This document shows positions 1 through 10,498 of a stretch of 36,469 bases of DNA, one piece after another. The notes beneath the pieces are model-generated. The model was not told the DNA's origin. It worked only from the letters and a program-made list of their open reading frames with translations, and did no database searches. This stretch comes from Stramenopiles sp. TOSAG23-2 (Eukaryota): assembly GCA_900128395.1 (NCBI GenBank), contig LT649337.1, forward strand, positions 1 to 36,469, in the 5' to 3' direction. The position numbers and the translations under genes are program-made. Every line of letters begins with the position of its first letter. The first letter of the stretch is position 1.

Positions 1-363
1 TAATACGAAACGCTTCGTATAAAGTTACATATTTCTAATATAAATCTTATGCATACACTCCTCTCTCTCCTTCGTACGAACCGTTCGTATATTTATAATT
101 ATCTCTTATCATTTTAGATATAAAATATATACCGAATATTTAGCACTTTATATAATCTCTTTTTATATATATATATAAAAAAACAACCTATACGCACACG
201 TTGTACCTTGCCCAGCTTTCTTTTCTTTTCTTTTCTTTTCATAATATTTCTCGTGTGAATTTCTTTTTTTCTCTCTCTCTATCTCCTTCTTTTTTTTCTT
301 TTTTACAAGCTACTATTATTTCCATCACGATATTTATCAAGAAAAGCTTCATGAAATCTACTC
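1..363. repeat. Left copy of an inverted duplication (aminotransferase last ~20 codons plus 3' flank); partner at 8371-8728
   Basis: Reverse complement matches 8371-8728. The coding part is identical; the flank differs by small indels and a substitution. Confidence 0.95.
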
Positions 364-1921
364 ATTCTTTCAATTACTTGTACAATTTCATCTTCTTGAG
401 GTAAAATAGTTGTACGAAAATGAAAAGTATTTGGCCTTTGTCCAAATCCACTACCAGGAACAACAACAATACCAGTTTCATCTAAGAGTTCCATGCAATA
501 AAATGCATCCGGTGCTTTTCCTTGTCCTTCTGCAAATTTAATTGCTTTTTCAGGCAATGTTATTGATGGAAAGGCATATAATGCACCTTGGGACGGTTGG
601 CATGTTACACCTTCCAATTTGTTCAAAGCGTCAACTAATAATATTGCACGCCTTTGTAACGAATTCAAGATACCATTCTTTTCTTCCTCGTATAATTCAT
701 ATGAAGCATCACCTTGTTTTGGTGGGTTGACCATCATACCAACTGCAACTTGGCCTGCAACATTGGAACATAATGTTAATGATGCTAATTTATACATTTC
801 TTCTTTTGCATCATTATTCTATATATATATATATATGTTTTATAATAATTATTGTTAGTTTGCTTTTGTTTATAATAGTAATCATACAACAAGCCAAATA
901 TATATATATATATAATACTTACGATATTCACCATTTCCATATATCCACCACGTCTTCCACATTCACCTAAAAAACCTTTTGATACAGAATGATATGAAAA
1001 TAATTCAACATCACCTTGAGGCAATTTACCTTCTTTTTCCATAGTACGTAAAACTTTTTTAAAGGAATAAAATGGATTTTCACTTTGCCATATATTTTCT
1101 TGATATACTTCATCTGCAAGTAAAATAATTTCTTCATCATGACAAAATTTTAATATGCCTTCCATATCTTCATATGTTAAACATTGCCCAGATGGATTGC
1201 CAGGATTAATAACAGCCATTACTTTTACATTTAAATTATTCACCTCTCGAGCTTCTTTCAATGCGCGGTCTAATTCAATTCGATCAATTTCAGTACCATC
1301 ATCTTCATTTAAAAAATAACCTACTTGAGTACCACCTAATAATGCAATTGCTGCTGAATATAAAGGGTATTGTGGTATTGGTATCATAATACCATCCTGT
1401 TTACCATTTATAATCATATTTAAAGTATTTTGAATGCCAGGACTTGCGCCATCGGTTAAAAATATATCTTCTGGATCTGCCGAGAAACCATCGCGTTTTT
1501 CCAAAAAAGAAGCTACTTCTTGGCGTACTACTTCAACCCCTTTACTATGTGAATAGGCACCAATCCCACCAGATATGTTATCCATATATTTCCCTGCACG
1601 TTCAATAACATCCGTTGGAAAAATATCTTTTACAGCTGGTGATTTTAAAAGTTCAGGATAGTCAAGTAAAGACATTACTTGGCGTGGAAATGTTAAAGGT
1701 TTTTGACCACATTCTTGCGGATTCCCAATATTGCATGAGACTATGGAATTAAACGGCAAATTGTGATTGGATTTCAACGCCTTTGCATGTTCAATACTAC
1801 GTAGTACAATTTCACCACGTACCGCATATTTTGCATTTAATACATTTGGATTAATAGATGTTTTGGTTAATACTTTTGAGTACGTAGACATTGCACGTCT
1901 TGCCATATTATGAAATGCCAT
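303..1921 (-). CDS. GPT: Alanine aminotransferase (PLP-dependent, class I/II), 2 exons: 1921-923 and 818-303; N-terminus resembles a mitochondrial transit peptide
   Basis: Motifs YAVRGEI, CNIGNPQ, GAYSHSKG, FLTDGAS, PIPQYPLYSA, INPGNPSGQ, ADEVYQEN, HSVSKG (PLP lysine), ECGRRGGY, VVVPGSGFGQ and HFRTTILP. ORFs 785..2011 and 303..797 join in frame across a phase-0 intron to give VNI|NNDAKEEMYKLAS. First ATG is at 1921 (MAFHNMARRAMST). Confidence 0.95.
819..922 (-). other. Spliceosomal intron (104 nt, GT-AG) in the alanine aminotransferase gene
   Basis: Minus-strand donor GTAAGT at 922-917 and acceptor TAG ending at 819. The interior is very AT-rich with (TA)n tracts, and removal restores the reading frame. 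Confidence 0.92.
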
Positions 1922-2692
1922 TAATTGAAAATTATATCTGTATATATATATATATATTATTATTATTATTATTAATGGTGTTGTTTTTGTTGTTGTTAAC
2001 GTATAGAACAACCTATTAATTGTCTCCTCAACATGGTATATGTATCAATGATTTTATATGTTCTACCACAAAACATATCTACTAGTATATTATTTCGCTC
2101 CTCAATAAATAAATAAATTAATTAATAAATATCCAAATAACCATTAGATCATGGACTTAAATGGTCGAAAAGTGCATTTCGTGGTCAAGATCGAATCAAT
2201 ATTCCGTAGTGTTGTATTTTTTAAGTACAACGTATTCGTATCAGAATACATCATAACAGGACACCAAAACATCAAATAATTTATCTATAAAACATTTTTG
2301 ATTTTTGACAAAATCTCCGATTAATGCAACAATTTTCCCCGTGTAGTGTTAAGGAAGGTTAATCAGAAGCCGTCGAGAATCAAAATACTATATAAATAGC
2401 ATTGGTATTATTTTGTTAAAAAAATTTGGCAAAGATTATAAAATAATGTTATATCGATAAAAAAATGTAATATTGGCATTGTTGAGCATGAAATCATGAT
2501 GAAATGATGAAATCGAGAATGGAATATTTTCATTATTTTTCATCAGATTTTTACAAATATCATCATGTATTATTTTTTAGATCTACTACTGTACATTACG
2601 TTAGGTATATTATTATATCTAGATATATGTATCATTCTATATGCATATTCTAAAATATATTTTATCTCAAGATACTTCCTTTACTTGCCAGC

Positions 2693-5551
2693 TTACAGTG
2701 TTTTCAAACGAGCGACGATAGTAATCAAAACTGTGGCACTGAAAATAAACACAAAGTATGCAACCCATTCAAAAATGTATGCAAATGTGCCTTTATCCTT
2801 TTTTAAATGTGCTTTATACTTTGACGATTTGATTTGTAAATCTTGATACATTTTAACAGAATTAACAGAGATTCCACCATTTTTCATAATACTAAAAACT
2901 TCTTCAAATGCGAGTCTTTGAAATATGACTAATAACAAGAATGCGTATGCAAAATATCTGTTTTGATTCATAGCTTCTCGTAAATCTGTATAGCCTATAG
3001 GATATTGTGTTGACAGAAAATGATTAGCCTCACATAATTCAGGCGATACAGATAAAGAATTTGTTGCATTATCAACTCCTAAACAATACGTAATACTATT
3101 TAGTTTCCGTGGAATCAGAAATATATTGTATGGCTTTTTATCTCCTATATACCATTCTAAATGTATATTTACCAAATCATCTACGTTCAAGTCGTATTTT
3201 TTCCCTCCCCATTGTCTTTTTTTGGTACAAGGAACAAAACTAACATGGCCGGAATTAATATTTCCACCTAAACAACGGTTTTGGTGATTATAATTACGAA
3301 TATGCACAAAGCCAGAAATGAGTCTTTCCCTTTCATAATTTTGCGCAAAGTTATTTATATCACATGCTTGTAAAATACTTTTTTGTTGCAATGGATTTGC
3401 CCCTGGTCGTTGAGAGATACACATTTTTTTACCAATAGATTTTCCATCGACAGTATTGCTATATATTATTAGATTCTGTTTTTCATAACGAAAATTGACC
3501 TCTGATGGAACTAATAATACATATAAAATAGGAACTCCAACAAAACATGAAAGCGAACAACAATTACAAAAAAACAAATGGTACCAACGAGGTTTCATGC
3601 GTCTTGGAATAAGTTTACTTGGGAATTCATACTGTTTAAAAATACAGCGGGAATATACCATCCAAAATATGAGATAAAAAAGCAAAATGTAACCAACGAA
3701 GCCATATACAGAAATATCGTCGAGTAAATTTTTATTTTTATTTTCTATAGTTTTGAATATATTATCTGATGCTAAAACGTCTGCAATATACTTGTCTTCA
3801 CTGTAACCATCATTTAACCATTGCAAAATAGCAAATAGTAACAAACAAGATAATGTCATTACAATAAGTGTTAACTTTCCACAAATACATTTAAAGGGTA
3901 TATCAATACAAGATTTCATACAAGATTTCATACGGTTATTATTATTATTATTTTCATTAATTATTTCCATTGCTCCTGGTATCTTGTATGCACGTATACC
4001 ACCACCAAAATCTCCAGTGCTTTTTGTTCTCATACCTATAAATTGAGAAGGTCTTGAATTTAAAAATTGTAAATCAGACTGTATTAACTTTTTCTCCTCT
4101 ATTGATTTTGCTTTTATTTTTCGATAGGAAACAAGACTATGAGGTTTCGTTTTGTAATTAAAAATATTCCTTCCAAACGATAGATCTTCTACTCGAATTT
4201 TTGATATTGCATATTTTCCATCAAATTGAAATAAAGGTTTTGTATTAAAATCATTTTCTTCATCATTTCCAAGGAGAATATTTTTTAAATTAAAATCTAA
4301 ATACCGACTTTTTTCATACTTCCACAAACGTAAAAGCAATGGGACAAAATAAAGAAATACTTCGGTAAAAACAAATGCAATTAGCTCTAAAAAACCTAAA
4401 TTGGTATATTTTGTAGAAGAATTTTTCATCTTGAATGTTGCAAATACATTTGGATTATTTTTAAGAGGCAATTTCATAAATTGCAGTTCGTAACTTACAC
4501 CGCTAAGTAAACAAAAGGATGATATTCCAAAACCAAAAGCCAAAATGAACATAAATGCAATACTATTATTTTTTGCGTTTTTGGAAATGTATATGCCATG
4601 TGTAATAAGATACTGATTAATTGAATTGAAATTGCGCAGTGATTCCAATTTATAAAAACTCACAGCACTAACACCCAAGAACATATAAATTAAGATCATT
4701 AAACTAATATTATAATTAGAGTCAAAAATCTCATATTTTGAATATTTAACTTCGTTTGTCCCACCATTATAAGCTATGCACTGATCCATTGTTATTTTTG
4801 GCCCAAAACGACATGGTTGTAACGAGTTTTTTTGCATAATTGGTTTGTCTAACTCGTTTAATTTACCTGCAATATCCTGCTCTGTTATGTTTTCATTTTT
4901 AAAAACTCTAAAACCACTTTTTATATCATAACAACAACCATCAAAATATCTCATTTCAGGTTGTGATAATCGATATATAAAAGTTACAAGCGGAAACATG
5001 ATTAATCCAATATCGAATAAATGCATCATAATTTTTTTACAACAAGATAACTTTTTGTGTGAAATTTTGAAATGAAAAGACAATATTGTAAACGTTTTAT
5101 CCTCCTCAATAGATTTATTGATGATATTACGAAGATTATTGGATTGATTAAATTTTCTAATGTTTGAAGATAATTCATCATTATCATCATTACCACTTTT
5201 ATTTTCATCTTTACTATTTTGTAGTAATGACGCATCTGCTGATGAACATTTCGGGCATATGTCGGCCTTGCATACTTCACAATGCCATCGATTCCCTTTA
5301 TGGAATTCATAACAATTTTCACATATCCATGGATATTTTTTATACCAACCAATACTATTATCTTGCGTGATAAGGGTCAATACATTGTTACATATTATTT
5401 TTTTTTTAAAGCAACCCTGTTTAATAACTTCTTTGCATGTTGGGTTGTTGAATGACAAGGAGGATGTTTGACTTGTGCTTATATTTCGTATTTCAAACCA
5501 TGAATTTTTATTTTTGTCTTCTTTATCAATAACTAATCCAATTTCTTCCAT
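2693..5551 (-). CDS. Multi-pass membrane protein (952 aa) with N-terminal ZZ/C1-like zinc finger, about 9 TM helices and a ricin-B-like beta-trefoil in a late loop
   Basis: Uninterrupted ORF. WICENC..WHCEVCKADICPKC is ZZ-like. Nine hydrophobic stretches. Three C[LI]..C..(QxW-like) units at about 3025-3430. Confidence 0.75.
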   Translation of the reverse strand: MEEIGLVIDKEDKNKNSWFEIRNISTSQTSSLSFNNPTCKEVIKQGCFKKKIICNNVLTLITQDNSIGWYKKYPWICENCYEFHKGNRWHCEVCKADICPKCSSADASLLQNSKDENKSGNDDNDELSSNIRKFNQSNNLRNIINKSIEEDKTFTILSFHFKISHKKLSCCKKIMMHLFDIGLIMFPLVTFIYRLSQPEMRYFDGCCYDIKSGFRVFKNENITEQDIAGKLNELDKPIMQKNSLQPCRFGPKITMDQCIAYNGGTNEVKYSKYEIFDSNYNISLMILIYMFLGVSAVSFYKLESLRNFNSINQYLITHGIYISKNAKNNSIAFMFILAFGFGISSFCLLSGVSYELQFMKLPLKNNPNVFATFKMKNSSTKYTNLGFLELIAFVFTEVFLYFVPLLLRLWKYEKSRYLDFNLKNILLGNDEENDFNTKPLFQFDGKYAISKIRVEDLSFGRNIFNYKTKPHSLVSYRKIKAKSIEEKKLIQSDLQFLNSRPSQFIGMRTKSTGDFGGGIRAYKIPGAMEIINENNNNNNRMKSCMKSCIDIPFKCICGKLTLIVMTLSCLLLFAILQWLNDGYSEDKYIADVLASDNIFKTIENKNKNLLDDISVYGFVGYILLFYLIFWMVYSRCIFKQYEFPSKLIPRRMKPRWYHLFFCNCCSLSCFVGVPILYVLLVPSEVNFRYEKQNLIIYSNTVDGKSIGKKMCISQRPGANPLQQKSILQACDINNFAQNYERERLISGFVHIRNYNHQNRCLGGNINSGHVSFVPCTKKRQWGGKKYDLNVDDLVNIHLEWYIGDKKPYNIFLIPRKLNSITYCLGVDNATNSLSVSPELCEANHFLSTQYPIGYTDLREAMNQNRYFAYAFLLLVIFQRLAFEEVFSIMKNGGISVNSVKMYQDLQIKSSKYKAHLKKDKGTFAYIFEWVAYFVFIFSATVLITIVARLKTL

Positions 5552-5735
5552 TTTATTGAATATATGTCTGTTTTGTTGTTGTTGTTGTTTTTGTTTCTTG
5601 TTGTTGTTGTATTATTATCTTTCTTTCATCAGTTTACAGTAATAAATAGTTCATTTTGTGGCCCTTTTTTTCTATTTTTTATTATTATGCACTCTATACT
5701 GCTGAAAATAACAATCTAATAAATCAAGTTAAAAT

Positions 5736-5753
5736 TAGAGAGGATCCTCTCTA
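5736..5753. repeat. Perfect 18-bp palindrome TAGAGAGGATCCTCTCTA (copy 1)
   Basis: Self-complementary; the same core recurs at 22499-22516. Confidence 0.9.
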
Positions 5754-6753
5754 GTTTAAGTTAAAATCCAAATTATCAAAAAATCTTCATAAATTTGACA
5801 AAATATGTAGGGCCTCTCCGCGTTACATTTGACGTTGGTTTGATAGCTATCGGTAGTAAAACTAAAGTATTAATTAAGGTAGTTGAAGGAAATAGATATT
5901 ATAACCTTAAAAAGACAGGCTGAGAGAGTAGTAGTTATATGTCTTAGTATAGGATGTTGGAATTATCCTATGAGATGGCAATGGTTTAAGGATGGAATGC
6001 CTTTCGCACTTCGCTATAATCTTGCCACACCCTTTGAAGTGTACACACTCAGCTGCTAAGTGAAATTTAACTACATTAATAGATACTATTTCACTATAAA
6101 CACTATAAGATATTATACTACAAGATTACACATAAATAGATCCTTATAATATTAAAAACAACATATAGAAACACAAGATATACATTATTGACACCCACAC
6201 ACTTCAGGGCAGGCCCAGCAGGCTGGGCAGGGAATATTATATTTATAAATAGCAAAAGAATAATAAGAAGAAGCAAAAAAAAATTAAAATGATTTTATGA
6301 TGAAGCAAACAACACCACAACCGCTGTTTTTGGTGTGGCTGAGACACCGTTTTTTAATGATAATATTATACTTGTTAGAATAATAAAAGTTACGGATCGC
6401 GTCTCGTGCAATAATATAATCAATCTGCCACATCTGCCATCAGCCTTCCCATCCCAGGGCCTTCTCTGGACACCATTTAACCAGAGGCATTTCCTGGTCC
6501 AAATCTGCCATCTTCTGTGCTATAATCCTGTCATCAATCTCACTACAACCTACCACCGGTGGTAAACCACCTATTTTTTTATTATAGCTATAAATTATGT
6601 ATATTTTAAAAAAATCATCAACAGTAAACATCCTTTTTTATCATAAATTCTACATATATATATATTTATTTACCCTGGATTGTTTGTTCCTTTTTTTTTT
6701 TCCGGCGGGGGGGGGGAACAGATATAGATAGAATTGAATATATAGAAAAGATA

Positions 6754-8431
6754 ATGAACAAGACGATAAATAATAATAAAATATGCAACAATGAATTATT
6801 ATTATTACCATTTTTGATATTTTTTTTATTGGCAAAAGGAGTTGTTGTTGCAAATTCCAACTCATTCATTGTATTATCCAATGGAACTTGCAGTGATTTT
6901 CAAGGACAGTATGAAATACAAGACTATTGGAGTTGTATGGAGGCTGGAAAAAAACTAGGCTATATTACTCCAGTGTCGAAAGATGATAAAGGCTTTTACA
7001 AGTGCCCTTCAAGTTCGTCATTTGGTGCTGATGTAGATTGCTCGAAATATATAATTAAATCAAGTGATTATGCATCTGGTTGCCTTCATGACTCAGAAGG
7101 TATTGTAAATTCCCAACAAGCAATTACAACCAATACCAAAGACACTGACACAGTATGCGGAGCACATGATAATGTTTTGAAAACAATGGATTGCATATGT
7201 TTCAAAGGCCCGGTTTGCAACGACACGTCGGGAACAAAGAACAACAGTGACACTTGCATGTGCGGAAAATCTGTTTGTACAGAAGCATCTGGACGATATT
7301 GCACAGTAGCAGGAACTGTAGCAAATCAACCTGTTGACCAATGCAATCAATTGCCGCTTTGTACAAGTCGTGATGGGCGTTACAAAAACAGTGAAAGTTG
7401 TACGTGTGGCAGTACCAGTAAAGTGGTGCAGACGAATTATATGGGTGGTGACAAATTCTACGGTTATCTGCCAGTTGTGTACAGAGGATACTGGTCTGTA
7501 CTGTTTCTCTGATCAAACTTCAGCAGAAAACAGATGCAGTAAAAAATCAGTAACATACAGTTGGAAAAATAGCAATTGTAATGACGAACACAACACAGGG
7601 TATATTTTTGATCAAACGGATTGCAATAATGCTGCAAAAGATCTAGATTTTGCTGATGATACAGCAAGTAATGCTAATTCACAGGATCTTCCCCCGGGTT
7701 GCTATAAACAAGGTTCTGGGACTTTAATGTTTAACGCTAAAAAAAAAGGTGGAGACTGTGATGCATTCAAATGTTTGTGTGCAAGTGCCCCTACATGTAA
7801 ATTTCAAGATGGAAAAACGAGTAATTCGAACATGCCATATTGCATATGTGGCGACTCCCTGTGTACTGAAAATACAGGCCTATACTGTAGCAGTGTATCA
7901 GGATGCGCCAAAGTCCCTACCTGTGCTATCACAAATGCGAGTAAGCCTGTCGAATCCAACTGCCAATGTGGTGGAAGTGGTGCTACAACAGAATGTTCAG
8001 CTGGACAATTTTGTTATGTCAGCGGCGTAAGTGGGAAGAAGAAAGGTCAATGCAACCAGAAGCAAGTTATGTACCAAAGGATCTATAGCGGTAAGTGTGA
8101 TTCTTTACCAGGGGGAACTTTCGTATCTGGAAAGGGAGAGTGCATGGGAATAGCAACAATGGATGGATTCAAAGCTCCAGTTTCAAAATATGAAAGTGAC
8201 ACGCCGCAGGGATGTTATTGGCGGATGTCTTATTTAAATCTGTTTTGGAATTCAAAAAAATCAGGAGTGTCTGCATCTACTAGCTATAGACCATATTGCG
8301 CGATTTATTTGTTTGACTGTGAGCATGGAAATGGCATGGAACTAAACCAATATGGATGTAAATGTGGAACGAGTAGATTTCATGAAGCTTTTCTTGATAA
8401 ATATCGTGATGGAAATAATAGTAGCTTGTAA
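6754..8431 (+). CDS. Secreted/surface cysteine-rich repeat protein; frameshifted near 7475 and 3'-truncated/fused to the aminotransferase tail at 8371
   Basis: Signal-peptide-like LLLLPFLIFFLLAKGVVVA. Repeated C..DG..N..CxCG..CTE.[ST]G.YC units and C..AA..L...PxGC units continue from ORF 6754..7512 into ORF 7334..8431. The last 19 aa (SRFHEAFLDKYRDGNNSSL) are identical to the aminotransferase C-terminus. Confidence 0.75.
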
Positions 8432-8728
8432 AAAAGAAAAAAAAGAAGGAGATAGAGAGAGAGAAAAAAAGAAATTCACACGAGAAATATTATGAAAAGA
8501 AAAGAAAAGAAAAGAAAGCTGGGCAAGGTACAACGTGTGCGTATAGGTTGTTTATATATATATATATATAAAAGAGATTATATAAATATTCGGTATATAT
8601 ATTTTATATTTAAAATGATAAAGAGATAATATAAATATACGAACGGTTCGTACGAAGGAGAGAGAGGAGTGTATATGCATAAGATTTATATTAGAAATAT
8701 GTAACTTTATACGAAGCGTTTCGTATTA
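8371..8728. repeat. Right (inverted) copy of bases 1-363
   Basis: GAGTAGATTTCATGAAGC...TTCGTATTA is the reverse complement of 1-363. Confidence 0.95.
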
Positions 8729-8920
8729 ATTAAAAATATTAAAAATATTTTATAATACGACCTCGTATATGTACGGGTCCGGAGTCCGAAGAAGTATATG
8801 CATAAGATTTATATTAGAAATATGTAACTTTATACGAAGCGTTTCGTATTAATTAAAAATATTAAAAATATTTTATAATACGACCTCGTATATGTACGGG
8901 TCCGGAGTCCGAAGAAGTAT
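8671..8920. repeat. Exact tandem duplication, 123-nt unit
   Basis: GTATATGCATAAG...CCGAAGAA starts at 8671 and again at 8794; GTAT microhomology at the junctions. Confidence 0.92.
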
Positions 8921-9084
8921 TCAAAAATTATTTTTTACATCATGTTACATTTTATAAATATTTATTTTTAAATTTTACTAAAAAAACTATTTCTTTTACC
9001 AGCACACACATATATATAGAGAGAGAGTTGACAAAAATGTGTTTGTGTGCGCGCGTCCTTTATTTGTTCTGTTTTGGCATTTTT

Positions 9085-9465
9085 TTAACCAGACCTATGC
9101 TGATGTCCACAATTAACACATTTATAAAAAAAAGTACTTGGTTCATCTGCTGATCTTGTTTGTAACTCAATAAAATATGCTCTCGGATGACTACATTTTG
9201 GACATGTTGCATCCGTCTGATCGACATTTTTCCAGGCATCTGCCCCACCCATGATATCGTCTACTTTTTTTCGGTTTAAATTGGTTCTTAAAATGAATTC
9301 TTGTACAACAGGAAATTTATATGGACACGTTCTACAAGTAAAACATAAAGGGCCTTCATTTGGATCACTATCTACTAATAATAATGTCCCATCCATTGGA
9401 CAAAATAACATTCCTTGTCTTGATATATGTTGTTTTAGTACATGATTTACTGATATGTGTGACAT
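9085..9465 (-). CDS. POLR3K: RNA polymerase III subunit RPC11 (C11; TFIIS-like zinc ribbon); likely start is the ATG at 9411
   Basis: MLFCPMDG..CRTCPY N-terminal ribbon, KKVDDIMGGADAW linker typical of C11, and CPKC..QTRSADEP..FYKCVNC C-terminal ribbon. Confidence 0.93.
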   Translation of the reverse strand: MSHISVNHVLKQHISRQGMLFCPMDGTLLLVDSDPNEGPLCFTCRTCPYKFPVVQEFILRTNLNRKKVDDIMGGADAWKNVDQTDATCPKCSHPRAYFIELQTRSADEPSTFFYKCVNCGHQHRSG

Positions 9466-10498
9466 TTGTTTTTTTTATATATCCTTTATATACACACACA
9501 CGCACCGTATGATTTTAACTATCTATCTTTGTGAAATAAAAAAAATATTTATATGGCAACTGATGGATTCACGCTACAATTATATTTCTCATGGGGAAAA
9601 AAAAAAATAGTTCAATAAATGAATGAATGAAAAAAAAACCTGTATCCGTTTGTATATTTGTATTAGAAGATTTTATATTTTTTTTATTAACAAAAAAAGA
9701 AGATTTTTTTTGTGGCAATGCAATATACAATATACAGACTTTCTTTTATCGAAAGAGTCTGACGACGCAGAATAGCTAACTTTCTTTCGGGAAAGAGTCG
9801 TCTGACGACGCAGACGAGAACGTAGAGAAAATACGACAACAAATTAAATGATAATCTAAATCAGTTTAATATGAATACATCACCGTTAATGTAATGACCG
9901 TTGCAGAGTATGACATTTAATCGATTTTAGCGCACATTCATCTCCTTGTAATTCAAATTCTACTTGTCTGATTTATATGTTTGATATATGTATATAAAAG
10001 TTTTTTATGTGTAGAATCGATTTGTTTTTTATGTGTGGAATCGATTTATGTGTCAAATTGGTGTAAAAATCAGTAGTTACGGAGATCGCAAGTTTATAAA
10101 AATAAATCCCTTAAATAAACCCTGGGGTCGATTTCTCCCACGAGAGCACGAGAGCCCGCCGGAGAGGATAGCTAGAGCTAGCTCTAGTCTAAAGTATAGA
10201 TGCTCGTAGTCTTCACGTCTTCACCACTGATGTATTCTATTTAAATTCGCCTATTCTTCGTAGAGAGTATTCTGACGACCAAAGTTTTCGGATATTTTGT
10301 TTTGATGCAAAAACCGTCAAAATGGTATAATGCCCCCATTGGAAATAGTTAATAGGCTTCAATACGTTATGACACTACAAATATTCTCTCTTATGTACTC
10401 TGATGAAAAGGGTAGTGTGCAATAACAAAAAAAAAGTATTAATAATCTTACCTGGCGTACAGCATGCTTACAGCATTACACACGGAAAAATTTCTTTT

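Noticed and set aside
6297-6345. ATGATGA...CTGA as a C/D snoRNA or SECIS element
   Set aside because: Only ~46 nt with no terminal stem or recognisable guide; the SECIS helix is irregular and no UGA-containing gene lies upstream.
10443-10470. ATCTTACCTGGC resembles the U1 snRNA 5' end
   Set aside because: It does not match ATACTTACCTGG exactly, and no U1-70K loop, cloverleaf or properly placed Sm site follows.
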